36,946 nucleotides of DNA from a candidate division WOR-3 bacterium (lineage in GTDB: Bacteria; SDB-A). The notes below the pieces were generated by a model. That model saw only the letters and a program-made list of their open reading frames with translations. It ran no database searches and was not told where the DNA came from. The stretch spans positions 1-36,946 of the forward strand of contig JAFGSQ010000062.1 in assembly GCA_016934535.1 (NCBI GenBank). Reading direction: 5' to 3'. Each line of letters begins with the position of its first letter. The first letter of the stretch is position 1. Below are positions 8,155-18,363 of this stretch, piece by piece. A program made the translations under genes and the position numbers.

Positions 8155-10630
8155 AACTTATCATCCTGTGCGGTACAAAAATATTTTTAACCATCTTCTT
8201 GCCTTCGAGATACTGTCTCACGTTAGGCGATTCAGCGGCTGTCCTGAGAGCGTTTTCTTTTGTGATGTCTGACGACAGACTTAGGACAGCCCTCAATTTG
8301 CCGTTGACCTGAACTGCTATCTCTTCAGATTCGGATCGGATTGACTCAAGGTCGTACTCCGGCCAGCCTGATTTTAAAACAAGTTTATCGGCGCCTGTTT
8401 TTTCCCACAACTCCTCAGCTATGTGAGGTGCGAAAGGTGCCAGGAGCAGAAGAAGATTCCTGAATGCCTCGCGGAAAATTCTCGATCGGCAATCTTCGAA
8501 CGGTACAAGTTCGTTGACAAGCTCCATCATGCTGGCAATGGCAGTATTAAAACCCCAGTTTTCGATGTCCTCAGTGACTTTTTTTATTGTCAGGTTCATT
8601 GTCTTTCTCAGTTTATTTTCGTCGTTTTCAGAAGTTTTTTCGTCGTAAACTTCGACTGTGTATTTTTCTCCCAATCTCCATATCCTGTCGAGAAATCTTT
8701 TCGCCCCGGCAACTCCCTGCTCGCTCCAGACAGCATCTCTGCCAGGAGGAGCCAAAAATAAAGTCGTGACCCTGCAGACGTCTGCTCCGAAATTTCCTAC
8801 AAATTCACCTGCTTCAACGCCATTGCCTTTTGATTTGGACATTACAGAACCGTCTGCACCGCAGACCATACCATGATTGAAAAGCCTCAGAGCCGGTTCC
8901 GCGCATGGCAGATATCCTATTCTGTGAAGAAATTTTGTTATAAACCTGAAATAGATCAAATGACCGGTGGCGTGTTCTATTCCTCCTATGTATTTATCTA
9001 TGGGCAGCCATGATTGCGCTTTAACGGGATTGATTATTTCCGAATCATTGCCCGAATCCGGATACCGGAGCTGATACCAGGAAGAATCGACAAAAGTGTC
9101 GAGAGTGTCGGGATCTCTTTTTGCCGGTATTCCACACTTTGGACAGGGCACATTTACGTATGAATCGACTGCCGCGAGAACAGATTTGCCTTTCGGCGTG
9201 TAATCCTCTATGTTGTCTGGCAGGATGACTGGCAGGTCTTTCTCCGGGACGGGTACAACTCCGCACGAAGGGCAATGAATAACAGGTATCGGTGCTCCCC
9301 AATACCTCTGTCTGCTGACAAGCCAGTCGTGAAGTTTGTAGTTCACTTTTTTTCTTCCGGTTTTCTTTTTCTCAAGACTGTTAATTATCAGGGGGATGGC
9401 TTCTTCAGATTTCATTCCGGAAAATTCACCGCTGTTCTCCAGAATTCCATAGCCGGTGAAACAAGTTTCACCGCCGGTGAATACTTCACCGTTGTTGAAA
9501 GCTTCATCGTCAGTGGCAACTTCCGGATTGTTTACGGAAGGATTTATAACTTTCTTTATGTTCAATTCGTGTTTTTTTGCAAAAGCGAAATCCCTGGTGT
9601 CGTGAGCGGGAACACCCATGACTATACCGGTACCGTAAGAAGCCAGTACGTAATCGCATACGTAAAGCGGAATTCTTTCTTCTGTAACAGGATTTATAAG
9701 GTCTACTCCCGAATATACTCCGGTTTTTTCCTCCGCCGTCGAAAGCCTTTCGATCTCTGTTCTGAGGACTGATTTCTTCACGTATTCTTCCACTTCTTCT
9801 CTACGATCAGATTCAGAGACGATTTTTGACAGATTTTTGTGCTCGGGCGCTATGGCAGTGTAAGTGACTCCCCATAAAGTGTCCGGTCTTGTTGTGAAAA
9901 CAGACAGCTTGACATCTGTCCCCGACACGCAAAAATCTATCTCTGCCCCTTCGCTCCTTCCTATCCAGTTTTTCTGAGCCGTCACAACCGGCTCCGGCCA
10001 TCCATCTTTGATCGTTTCGAGATCGTCGAGCAGTGTCTGCGCAAAATCTGTTATCCTGAAGAACCACTGCTTTAATTCCCTTTTTGTTACTTCAGAATGA
10101 CAGCGCCAGCATTGACCCCCCTCGACCTGCTCGTTAGCCAGGACTGTCTGACATTTGGGGCACCAGTTGACCAGAGAAGTATCCTGGTATGCCATATCTT
10201 TTTCCAGAAGTTTCAGAAAAATCCACTGTGTCCACTTGTAATAATCGGGATCGCACGTCATTATTTCAGTATCCCAGTCATATCCAAGGCCTATGGATTT
10301 AAGCGTGTTTCTGGACTTTTCTATGTTTGCGACAGTCCATTTACGGGGATGTATCTTGTTCTTTATTGCCGCTTCCTCTGCGGGCAGACCGAAGGCATCC
10401 CATCCTACGGGATGTAAAACATCGTAACCTCTTTGCGCGTAGTATCTGGCCAACAAATCCACTATTACGTAATTTCTCAGGTGCCCGACATGAAGGTCTC
10501 CCGAAGGGTAGGCGAACATTTCGAGAACATAATACTTATTTTGAGGATTTTCGCTGGTTTTGAAGATTTTTTCGGTCTTCCACTTTTCCTGTATCTTTTT
10601 TTCAACATCGGCAAATGGATATTCAGACAT
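8141..10630 (-). CDS. leuS: Leucine--tRNA ligase
   Basis: MFAYPSGDLHVGH (HIGH), GWDAFGLPAE, editing FTTRPDT, SRQRYWG, GGIEHA and VMSKS. The start overlaps the purQ stop (TGATG). Confidence 0.97.
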   Translation of the reverse strand: MSEYPFADVEKKIQEKWKTEKIFKTSENPQNKYYVLEMFAYPSGDLHVGHLRNYVIVDLLARYYAQRGYDVLHPVGWDAFGLPAEEAAIKNKIHPRKWTVANIEKSRNTLKSIGLGYDWDTEIMTCDPDYYKWTQWIFLKLLEKDMAYQDTSLVNWCPKCQTVLANEQVEGGQCWRCHSEVTKRELKQWFFRITDFAQTLLDDLETIKDGWPEPVVTAQKNWIGRSEGAEIDFCVSGTDVKLSVFTTRPDTLWGVTYTAIAPEHKNLSKIVSESDRREEVEEYVKKSVLRTEIERLSTAEEKTGVYSGVDLINPVTEERIPLYVCDYVLASYGTGIVMGVPAHDTRDFAFAKKHELNIKKVINPSVNNPEVATDDEAFNNGEVFTGGETCFTGYGILENSGEFSGMKSEEAIPLIINSLEKKKTGRKKVNYKLHDWLVSRQRYWGAPIPVIHCPSCGVVPVPEKDLPVILPDNIEDYTPKGKSVLAAVDSYVNVPCPKCGIPAKRDPDTLDTFVDSSWYQLRYPDSGNDSEIINPVKAQSWLPIDKYIGGIEHATGHLIYFRFITKFLHRIGYLPCAEPALRLFNHGMVCGADGSVMSKSKGNGVEAGEFVGNFGADVCRVTTLFLAPPGRDAVWSEQGVAGAKRFLDRIWRLGEKYTVEVYDEKTSENDENKLRKTMNLTIKKVTEDIENWGFNTAIASMMELVNELVPFEDCRSRIFREAFRNLLLLLAPFAPHIAEELWEKTGADKLVLKSGWPEYDLESIRSESEEIAVQVNGKLRAVLSLSSDITKENALRTAAESPNVRQYLEGKKMVKNIFVPHRMISFVVK

Positions 10631-11430
10631 CACTCCTCCATAGTCCTGAAAAACAGTTTCATAAAAGTAATACCCAGGGGTTCTTTGAAAGTTTCTCCTC
10701 TGAAAGGGTACTGTCGCAGATCGAGAAATCTTTCCGGATGGGGCATGAGTCCGAGTATGGAACCGCTCGGGTCAGTAATACCGGCTATTCCCATTTGAGA
10801 TCCGTTCGGATTTTCAGGATAATTGACAGTTGGTTCCTTTTTACCGTAAAAGAAAACCGCCTGTCCGCCCTCGACAACTCTTTCAATCGCCTTTTTGTCG
10901 CTAAAAGTGACCCTACCTTCCATGTGAGCGACTGGAAGATAAAAACTCTCCGGAATATCTTTGAAACTCCTTACTTTGGAATCGTTTCTGAGAAGCGGGA
11001 TCCATCGGCATTCAAATCTCCCTCTTTCGTTCTCTTCCAATGACACGGTTTGAGTTTCACCCGGAAAAGGAAGAAGCGAGAGCCTTACAAGTATCTGAAA
11101 TCCATTACAAATGCCGAGGATTTTGCCTTTCTTCTCTGCAAATTCTGCAAGTGAGTTTTCAAGTCTCGTTCTGACAATGAATGAGAAAATGACTCCGGAA
11201 CCAAGATAATCTCCATAAGTAAAGCCGCCCGGAAATATCAATCCTCTCATCTCAGAGAGAAGGTCTTTGGAATATATACAATCGTTCAGCTTGACGAAAA
11301 ACGGTTGGAATCCGGCATTGGACACACAAAAATAAGATTCCCTGTCGCAATTCGTTCCGGGAGCTTGTATGATTGCTATTTTCTTAGAGTCTTTTCGAGA
11401 AATAAGCTTCCTCCAGTTTTGATATATCAT
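10630..11430 (-). CDS. purQ: FGAM synthase glutaminase subunit PurQ (start uncertain)
   Basis: PGTNCD, PGGFTYGD, catalytic GICNGFQ, NPNGS and MPHPER. Confidence 0.95.
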   Translation of the reverse strand: MIYQNWRKLISRKDSKKIAIIQAPGTNCDRESYFCVSNAGFQPFFVKLNDCIYSKDLLSEMRGLIFPGGFTYGDYLGSGVIFSFIVRTRLENSLAEFAEKKGKILGICNGFQILVRLSLLPFPGETQTVSLEENERGRFECRWIPLLRNDSKVRSFKDIPESFYLPVAHMEGRVTFSDKKAIERVVEGGQAVFFYGKKEPTVNYPENPNGSQMGIAGITDPSGSILGLMPHPERFLDLRQYPFRGETFKEPLGITFMKLFFRTMEE

Positions 11431-14179
11431 AAGTCATGTTTTTTTTATCACTGCTGATCTCAAGAATTGGTTCTTCCAAGACTTTTCCGATTTCAGTACA
11501 GACAACACCCTTGAAAATATCAACGTCTGCTTTTTCGCTAACGGTCACGACGAACCTTGAAGGCGACTCAGAGAACATGAAATCCAACAGATCTTGATCG
11601 GACGGTTTGACGATCGCCGCTCCAAAACCGCTCCCTATAGCCATTTCCGCGAGGCTAACAGCCAGGCCGCCTTCGGAGACATCGTGTATAGAGCTGAATG
11701 AATCGAGGTTAGAAAACACTTTCCAAATGACATCTTTCGAAGTTTTAAGGTCAATTTCAGGCAGGAGTCCGCATTGAACACGTGCTCTTTTTTCGAAACA
11801 GCTGCCTCCCAACCCTTTCGGTTCAGGACCTAAAACATATATCCTGTCACCGGGACAGTAAAAAGAATTCAGGGGTGACAGATCGCCTTTTACGGAAACG
11901 CAAGTTATAAGAAGGGTCGGAGGAATGCTTACTGATTTTCCATCGGATTTAAAGGTGTTGTTCAGGCTGTCTTTACCGCTTATGAAAGGCGTACCGTAAT
12001 TCATTGAAGCATCGTGACACGCTTTACAAGCAGACACAAGATCTCCCATCGCCTCGGGATCGTCTGAACTGCCCCACGAGAAATTATCGAGCAGTACAGC
12101 TCTTGAAGGGTCGCCGCCTGAACAGACCAGGTTTCTCAGAGCTTCCTCCACTGAAAAAAGAGCCATTTTGTAACAATTGTATTTGCCGATGTTGACATTG
12201 ATACCCAGACCTACGGCCAGGCAATTCTTTTTTGAATAGTCAATAAAAAAAGATGCTCCGTCGCTGTGGCTTTTCTGTTTTTCTCCCGAGAAAGGTCCGG
12301 TTACCGTCTTCCCCTGAACCTGATGATCATATTGTCTAATTATCCAGTCCTTACTGGCAATGTCAGGCATGGAAAGTAGATCGATCAAAGCTTTTTCCGG
12401 GTCTGTCTCCATTCTGACAGAGCGGTCTATAGGAATTTGCTTTTCTCTCGCCTTGATGTGTCTTCTTGGAACGCCTTCGTGAAGAAATTTCATGTCCAGA
12501 TCGATGATTTTTTCCTCGTAATAATACACTTCGAGCTTACATGTCTCGGAAAATTCTCCTATGACGCTTACGTTGGTCTGCTCTTCATCGCAAATTTCAA
12601 AAACTCTGTCAATATTTTCAAGAGGGACGGCTAATACCATTCTCTCCTGAGATTCGCTGAGCCATATCTCCCATGGAGATATGTACTCGTACTTGAGAGG
12701 GACATTTTCGAGACGGGCTATCGCACCTGTTTCCGCCCCCATCTCTCCGACCGCCGAGGAAAGCCCTCCCGCTCCGCAATCCGTCACTGCGTTCAGGAGG
12801 TTTTCTTCCCTGATCCTGATCACAGCTTCTATGATTTTCTTCTCCTCTATCGGATTTCCTATCTGAACGGAACCCTGCGATTTTTTTTCTGATTCGGAGT
12901 CGAGAGTCACTGAGGAAAAAGTAGCCCCGTGCAATCCGTCTCTGCCTGTTTTACCGCCTACGAGTACTATTCTATCTCCCGGAGAGACTTTTTTATTAGC
13001 GGCTTTAACAGGCAGGACTCCGATACATCCGGCAAAAACCAAGGGATTGCGTAGAAATCCGTCGTCAACGACAAGAGCTCCACTGACAGTTGGTACCCCG
13101 ATGCGGTTTCCGTAATCCCGCACGCCTGAAACCACTCCATTCAATATCCTTCTCGGATGCATCGTCCCTTCAGGAAGAGATGAATAACCGGCGTCAGGAT
13201 TTCCTGTGCAGAAAACGTCTATTCCGGCGACCGGTTTTGCTCCGAGGCCAGTTCCGAGAATGTCTCTTACAACTCCTCCAAGACCTGTTCCTGCTCCTCC
13301 GTAAGGTTCGAGCGCTGAAGGATGATTGTGTGTTTCGACTTTAACGCAATATGCCGTATCACCGTCAACAGACACTATCCCGGCATTGTCCTTGAATACG
13401 CTTACGCAGTCTTTTCTCGCTATCTCACGTGTTGCCTTGACGATGGTGCTTTTCAACAAATCGTCGATTATCTCGGATTCGAAATGGAACAGCCCTCTTA
13501 GTGTTTTATGCACGCAATGCTCAGACCATGTCTGCGCAATTGTTTCGAGTTCAGCGTCCGTGGGAAGTCTTCTCAGAACGGAAAAATATTTCTGAATTTC
13601 TATCATTTCATCCGATGAGAGACTTAGTGTCATGCTTCGTGATATTTCGAGCAGTTCTTTTGAAGTTCTGTCTTCTATGTTGAAGCGGTTTACAACTGGG
13701 TTGTGAAAGTAACTTCCTCTTTCAGGCAGAGTGCCGACAGGCACTTCTTCTTCAATTATAGGATTTGAAAGAACCCTTTTAATAATGTTTGTCCGGTCGA
13801 AATCACCTTTGATTAAAAATAATTTCCGTGTCTGAATTTCCGTGTCTTTTCTGAAACAGTCTCCCAAGATTTTTTCGAGAGTTACAGCGACGGGATCCAT
13901 CACACCCGGCAGGTATGCGATCTCAATAATTTCTCCCTCCCACACGGGAAGGGCATCCTCGAAAATGTCTTCCGTGAGAAAATTGTAAAACACTGCGCTT
14001 TTGATTTCGTCCAGTTCTGCACCGGTCAATCCTTTTATGAGGTAAATCTTACCTTCGACGATGTCTGAAATCCCCTTTTCTCCGGAAAATTTGGCCGATT
14101 CGAAAAGTTCCCGGTTAGAAGGCAGATTTTTTTTAAAATTGGCTATTCTTTTCCATTGATCTCTGATGTGAACGCTCAA
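11384..14179 (-). CDS. purL: FGAM synthase PurL with an N-terminal PurS-like extension
   Basis: AQTWSEHC, KVETHNHPSA, GRDGLHGA, DCGAGG, SESQERM, ISGKDS and HDVSEGG; TTG start with GGGAG RBS. Confidence 0.96.
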   Translation of the reverse strand: MSVHIRDQWKRIANFKKNLPSNRELFESAKFSGEKGISDIVEGKIYLIKGLTGAELDEIKSAVFYNFLTEDIFEDALPVWEGEIIEIAYLPGVMDPVAVTLEKILGDCFRKDTEIQTRKLFLIKGDFDRTNIIKRVLSNPIIEEEVPVGTLPERGSYFHNPVVNRFNIEDRTSKELLEISRSMTLSLSSDEMIEIQKYFSVLRRLPTDAELETIAQTWSEHCVHKTLRGLFHFESEIIDDLLKSTIVKATREIARKDCVSVFKDNAGIVSVDGDTAYCVKVETHNHPSALEPYGGAGTGLGGVVRDILGTGLGAKPVAGIDVFCTGNPDAGYSSLPEGTMHPRRILNGVVSGVRDYGNRIGVPTVSGALVVDDGFLRNPLVFAGCIGVLPVKAANKKVSPGDRIVLVGGKTGRDGLHGATFSSVTLDSESEKKSQGSVQIGNPIEEKKIIEAVIRIREENLLNAVTDCGAGGLSSAVGEMGAETGAIARLENVPLKYEYISPWEIWLSESQERMVLAVPLENIDRVFEICDEEQTNVSVIGEFSETCKLEVYYYEEKIIDLDMKFLHEGVPRRHIKAREKQIPIDRSVRMETDPEKALIDLLSMPDIASKDWIIRQYDHQVQGKTVTGPFSGEKQKSHSDGASFFIDYSKKNCLAVGLGINVNIGKYNCYKMALFSVEEALRNLVCSGGDPSRAVLLDNFSWGSSDDPEAMGDLVSACKACHDASMNYGTPFISGKDSLNNTFKSDGKSVSIPPTLLITCVSVKGDLSPLNSFYCPGDRIYVLGPEPKGLGGSCFEKRARVQCGLLPEIDLKTSKDVIWKVFSNLDSFSSIHDVSEGGLAVSLAEMAIGSGFGAAIVKPSDQDLLDFMFSESPSRFVVTVSEKADVDIFKGVVCTEIGKVLEEPILEISSDKKNMTYDISKLEEAYFSKRL

Positions 14180-14272
14180 ATGAAACTCCCGTGGCTTATT
14201 TTAAAGTTTGAAGACTTCGAAATATTAACAAGACTAAAACAAATCGCGCAAGGATTATACATAAAATTGTGT

Positions 14273-15124
14273 TTAAAGAGAAATTCTCGCTCCGAGCGAT
14301 AAAATCCATTTTTCCCCAGTCATTCCGAATTCCGCGTCCGCGCTCAAAAGGGGAAACAATGAAATCTCTGTTCCGGTTCTCCATACAAAACTTTTTACGT
14401 ATTTTTTTACGGAACCCCGCGAAAAAGCCGTTACGTGCGGGTCGCCGGATGCCGGATAAATGCTGAATTCGCCGTTTATGTCAGACAAATTGATCCCGAC
14501 TCCAAAATACGGGCACAAATAAAAAAGCCTTTTCGAGACGTCTATAAATACTGAAACAGCTTCCGGTTTAACCGAGACTTCGAAAGTAGTGTCCGCGGCT
14601 GACCTCGGTAATGAAAAAAGATCTATCTCGGACGATTTCGTATATACTGCGGTCAATGAAGCATCCGGGAAAAGAAGCCCTCCTTGAATTACACCAACCT
14701 TTATTCCGGCGGAATAATAAGGTACAATTGATCCGCTTTTTCCTGATCCGACGGCTCCCGGCACAACAACCACTCCGTATCTTCCGACAAGTGCCGTTTT
14801 AAAAAAAGTCACGCCCGACATCGGCATGTGCCGTCCGTTCCAAATTCCGATCTGAATCTCACCGTGAATCGAAGGGACTCCCAAATTATAGGACGAACCT
14901 TCCGAAATCGGATTCTCAATTTCAAATCTGACCATACTGGCGCCGGCGCTGGCGGAAAAATGCCCGAATCCAGGTGTTTTGCCCGTCGAAAGACCATAAC
15001 CTGCGACCAAAGCGCCAAACGGAGTTGAAGCATTTTCGAGCGAATGTACGACTTCATCGGTAAGAGAAGCGAAACAAGATGTAATGAACATAAAAAAAAG
15101 CGCTGTCATCATTGAAATTTTCAA
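14273..15124 (-). CDS. Exported hypothetical protein, probable outer-membrane beta-barrel
   Basis: TTG start with AAGGAG; signal peptide; alternating beta-strand pattern; C-terminal strand LSLGARISL. Confidence 0.55.
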   Translation of the reverse strand: MKISMMTALFFMFITSCFASLTDEVVHSLENASTPFGALVAGYGLSTGKTPGFGHFSASAGASMVRFEIENPISEGSSYNLGVPSIHGEIQIGIWNGRHMPMSGVTFFKTALVGRYGVVVVPGAVGSGKSGSIVPYYSAGIKVGVIQGGLLFPDASLTAVYTKSSEIDLFSLPRSAADTTFEVSVKPEAVSVFIDVSKRLFYLCPYFGVGINLSDINGEFSIYPASGDPHVTAFSRGSVKKYVKSFVWRTGTEISLFPLLSADAEFGMTGEKWILSLGARISL

Positions 15125-15186
15125 GAGCTCTCCTTTTAAAAAACAAGATTTTATAACTCAATTATTTTACCTAAAATAAACGCAGC

Positions 15187-15217
15187 TTGACAGAAAGATT
15201 TAATTCTGGAATATAAA
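15187..15217 (+). promoter_or_regulatory. Putative promoter for a leaderless DUF47-pit operon
   Basis: Perfect TTGACA starting 35 nt before the ATG at 15222; AT-rich but imperfect -10 region; no SD. Confidence 0.45.
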
Positions 15218-15221
15218 AAAA

Positions 15222-15896
15222 ATGAACACTTCCATTTTCAAGAAATTATTTCCTCAGAACGAACCGCTCAATTTACTGATTGAACACGCTCTGCTGCTTG
15301 ATGATTCCATAAAAATTCTAAAACCGATGTTTGAATTGTACTTCAATGACGAGAACATAGATAAGTATTCATCCGTAATCTGCACCAATGAAAGTCGCGC
15401 CGACGACGTAAAATTTAAAATCAGGGAAATAATCGCCACTGGAATAAAAATTCCTTTCGACAAGAGCGACTTTCTGGATTACCTGTCCATGCAGGAAAAT
15501 CTAATAGACCTTACAAAAGACATAGCAAAAAAACTCTCTCTCAACAGAGTCAAACTTGGCGAGAACCTGACCGCTGAATTTTTCGTTCTGCTCGATGAAG
15601 TAATAAAGGCTGTTGACTATCTCGAAAGCGCTATAAGATCTCTAAAATCTCTTCTTTATTTTTCATTTTCGGCAAAAGAATCCGACATTGAAAAAGAAGA
15701 GATTTTCATGGTCGAAAGACTCGAATCATCCGTCGACAAAAAATCGATTGAAATTGCTAAAAAGTTATACTCAATGAAAAACGACATTAATCCTGTCGAT
15801 CTATATTTCATAGAAAGTGTTTTAATAATTCTATCTAAAATGGGCGACTACGCTGAAAACGGCGCCGAACTTCTTCTGAGATTCATTAAAGGCTGA
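15222..15896 (+). CDS. DUF47/TIGR00153 PhoU-like phosphate transport regulator
   Basis: Duplicated ExxAD/ExxxD motifs and GDYAEN; TGATG-coupled to pit. Confidence 0.88.
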   Translation: MNTSIFKKLFPQNEPLNLLIEHALLLDDSIKILKPMFELYFNDENIDKYSSVICTNESRADDVKFKIREIIATGIKIPFDKSDFLDYLSMQENLIDLTKDIAKKLSLNRVKLGENLTAEFFVLLDEVIKAVDYLESAIRSLKSLLYFSFSAKESDIEKEEIFMVERLESSVDKKSIEIAKKLYSMKNDINPVDLYFIESVLIILSKMGDYAENGAELLLRFIKG

Positions 15897-17125
15897 TGAG
15901 CGTAATAGTCTTTTTAGCTTTGGCTTCAGGTTTTATAGTCGCCTTTGCCATTGGGGCTAACGACGTAGCAAATTCGATGGCAACCGCCGTCGGAGCAAAA
16001 GCTATTACAATAAAACAGGCAGTACTTATCGCCGCAGTATTAGAGTTTTCCGGTGCTTTCTTCTTCGGTAAAATGGTCACCGAGACCATCTGCAAGGGGA
16101 TAGTTCCGATGACAAATTTCAGCAGTCCTGAAATCCTTATCGCGGGTGCTTTTGCCGCCATATTGGCTTCGGCAATTTTCATTTTAGCCGCGACCAGATT
16201 CGACATGCCGATATCTACAACGCATTCCATTATTGGAGGACTGATTGGATTCGGCCTCGTCGCCGGAGGAGTTAAGTCGGTAAGCTGGATGAAAGTTCTC
16301 GTCATTGTATTTTCCTGGATAATTTCCCCCGTCCTCGGAGCGATACTTTCCTACACGGTCTTCAAGATTCTTTCAATAATCATTTTGAGAAAGGACGACC
16401 CATTCAACTGGACAAAAAAAACCGCTCCGTTCATCATCGGATTCACATTTCTGACCATATCTTGGCTTTTCACCGTCAAAACTCTCTCAAAAGGTGTTTT
16501 GTTCGCATTTGTCACGGCTTTACTCATCGCGATTACAACGACGATTTTAAGTTTTCTTTTATTGAGAATCGTCAAATTCGAAAAAAACGAAGAGTATTCG
16601 GTCGAAAAAATATTTCGCAAGATGCAAATACTCACATCCTGTTATGTATCTTTCGCACACGGAGCAAATGACGTCGCGAACGCCATAGGGCCGATAGCTA
16701 TAATATTGATGGTCGCAAAATCAGGAGTTATCGCCTGTTCACTCCCCGTGACAGTCGATAAATCCATTCTAGCGCTTGGAGGAATAGGAATCGCCCTCGG
16801 AGTCGCTCTGCTCGGATACAGAGTAATGCGGACAATAGGAGAAAAGATTACATCCCTCAACAACACAAGGGGTTTTACAATAGATATTTCAGTCGCGACA
16901 TCAGTCATTATAGCTTCGTTTTTTGGATTGCCAGTATCGTCAACGCACACTGTGGTCGGAGCGGTCGTCGGAGTCGGATACGCCAGAGGATTCGGGGCGG
17001 TTAATTTTGGAATCATAAGAAGGATACTTATCTCCTGGCTCCTGACAGTTCCAGCCGCGGCTTTGCTTTCTGCGCTGTTATACAAACTGCTGCTGTTGAA
17101 TTTGATAACAAAATTGTTGCTTTGA
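15896..17125 (+). CDS. pit: PiT-family inorganic phosphate transporter
   Basis: Two GANDVAN signatures, PISTTH and PVSSTH, and many TM helices. Confidence 0.96.
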   Translation: MSVIVFLALASGFIVAFAIGANDVANSMATAVGAKAITIKQAVLIAAVLEFSGAFFFGKMVTETICKGIVPMTNFSSPEILIAGAFAAILASAIFILAATRFDMPISTTHSIIGGLIGFGLVAGGVKSVSWMKVLVIVFSWIISPVLGAILSYTVFKILSIIILRKDDPFNWTKKTAPFIIGFTFLTISWLFTVKTLSKGVLFAFVTALLIAITTTILSFLLLRIVKFEKNEEYSVEKIFRKMQILTSCYVSFAHGANDVANAIGPIAIILMVAKSGVIACSLPVTVDKSILALGGIGIALGVALLGYRVMRTIGEKITSLNNTRGFTIDISVATSVIIASFFGLPVSSTHTVVGAVVGVGYARGFGAVNFGIIRRILISWLLTVPAAALLSALLYKLLLLNLITKLLL

Positions 17126-17153
17126 AAACCGTTCGATAAAAAGGGGTGCCGCG

Positions 17154-17696
17154 TTGAAAACGATGATTATTATCGCGGATGGTTTCGAGGAAATCGAAGC
17201 GGTAACTGTTATTGATCTTTTTCGCAGAGCAGGAATTGAAATTGAGGTCACCGGTTTCAATTACGATACAGTTATAGGAGGGCACGGCGTCGTACTGAAA
17301 ACAGATTCCGTGTTTGATCCGGCATCTGCTGGAAAATTCGATCTTCTGGTTCTACCAGGCGGTTTGAAAGCGGTCAATGCATTGGCCGAATCCGAAGCGA
17401 TATTGGATACAGTGAGGATTTTTGACCGCGATAATAAACCTATATGCGCAATATGCGCGGCTCCAGTAATATTGGATCGAGCGGGGATATTGGAGAACAG
17501 AAAATACACTTCTCATCCTTCGGTTAAAAACAGCATAAACGGCGGATTTTACCAGAAATCCCGCATCTTTATCGACGGGAACATTGTGACGAGCCAGGGT
17601 CCCGGAACCGCTTTTGAATTTGCACTTTCCATTATAGAAAAAATTAAAAACAAAACCGTCGCGGATGAAATATCATCTGCATCCCTGATCCGATGA
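17154..17696 (+). CDS. DJ-1/ThiJ/YajL-family protein
   Basis: DGFEEIEA, LPGG, nucleophile AICAAP and TSQGPGTA; TTG start. Confidence 0.93.
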   Translation: MKTMIIIADGFEEIEAVTVIDLFRRAGIEIEVTGFNYDTVIGGHGVVLKTDSVFDPASAGKFDLLVLPGGLKAVNALAESEAILDTVRIFDRDNKPICAICAAPVILDRAGILENRKYTSHPSVKNSINGGFYQKSRIFIDGNIVTSQGPGTAFEFALSIIEKIKNKTVADEISSASLIR

Positions 17697-18328
17697 AAAT
17701 CTGCATATCCCTCGCCGGAGAAAAAACGAAAAGAGAAGACGCGATAAATGAGATGTCAGACTCCGATTTACTCATCGCCGCAGACGGCGGCTACGACATA
17801 CTCAGAGAATACGGAATAGAACCGGACTTTTTCATAGGAGACATGGATTCTACAACTTTTGGAGATATACCCGAAAAAACAATCACAATATTAGCACCCG
17901 CCGAAAAAGACCAAAGCGACTCTGAGCTCGCGGTAGATTTCGCCCTTTCCAAAAAACCAAGTAAAATTGTACTTATTAACGCCCTCGGCAAGAGACCGGA
18001 TCATCTTTTTTCCAACATCTCTTTGCTCTTTAAAAAAACGGAAACAATAGAGATTCTCGACGATCACTGGACAATAACAGCCCTTTCAGGTCCTTGCTCT
18101 TATCGCCTTCAAAAAGCGTTTGAGAAACAGATGTTCTCAATTTTCGCTTTCGGCGATTCTTTGAAAGGGCTGACGATGAAAGGATTCAAATACGAACTCG
18201 ACGACTGCGATGTTGACCCAGGAAGCAGGGGATTGAGCAATCACATGATTTCAGATATTATAGAAGTATCATTCCGCGAAGGCAAAGCCGTAATATTCAT
18301 TGAACGTGACCCTGGCGGATATGAGTAA
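17693..18328 (+). CDS. thiN: Thiamine diphosphokinase
   Basis: IAADGG, GDMDS, EKDQSD, GKRPDH, GFKYEL and GLSN. Confidence 0.93.
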   Translation: MKICISLAGEKTKREDAINEMSDSDLLIAADGGYDILREYGIEPDFFIGDMDSTTFGDIPEKTITILAPAEKDQSDSELAVDFALSKKPSKIVLINALGKRPDHLFSNISLLFKKTETIEILDDHWTITALSGPCSYRLQKAFEKQMFSIFAFGDSLKGLTMKGFKYELDDCDVDPGSRGLSNHMISDIIEVSFREGKAVIFIERDPGGYE

Positions 18329-18363
18329 GAAAACCGGAATAAAAAACTCAAAACGGAGGTAAA

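Noticed and set aside
14190-14270. Possible purine or ZMP riboswitch upstream of purL
   Set aside because: TATAAT is present, but I could not find the conserved aptamer cores or stems; more likely a plain -10 element. An Infernal/Rfam scan would be decisive.
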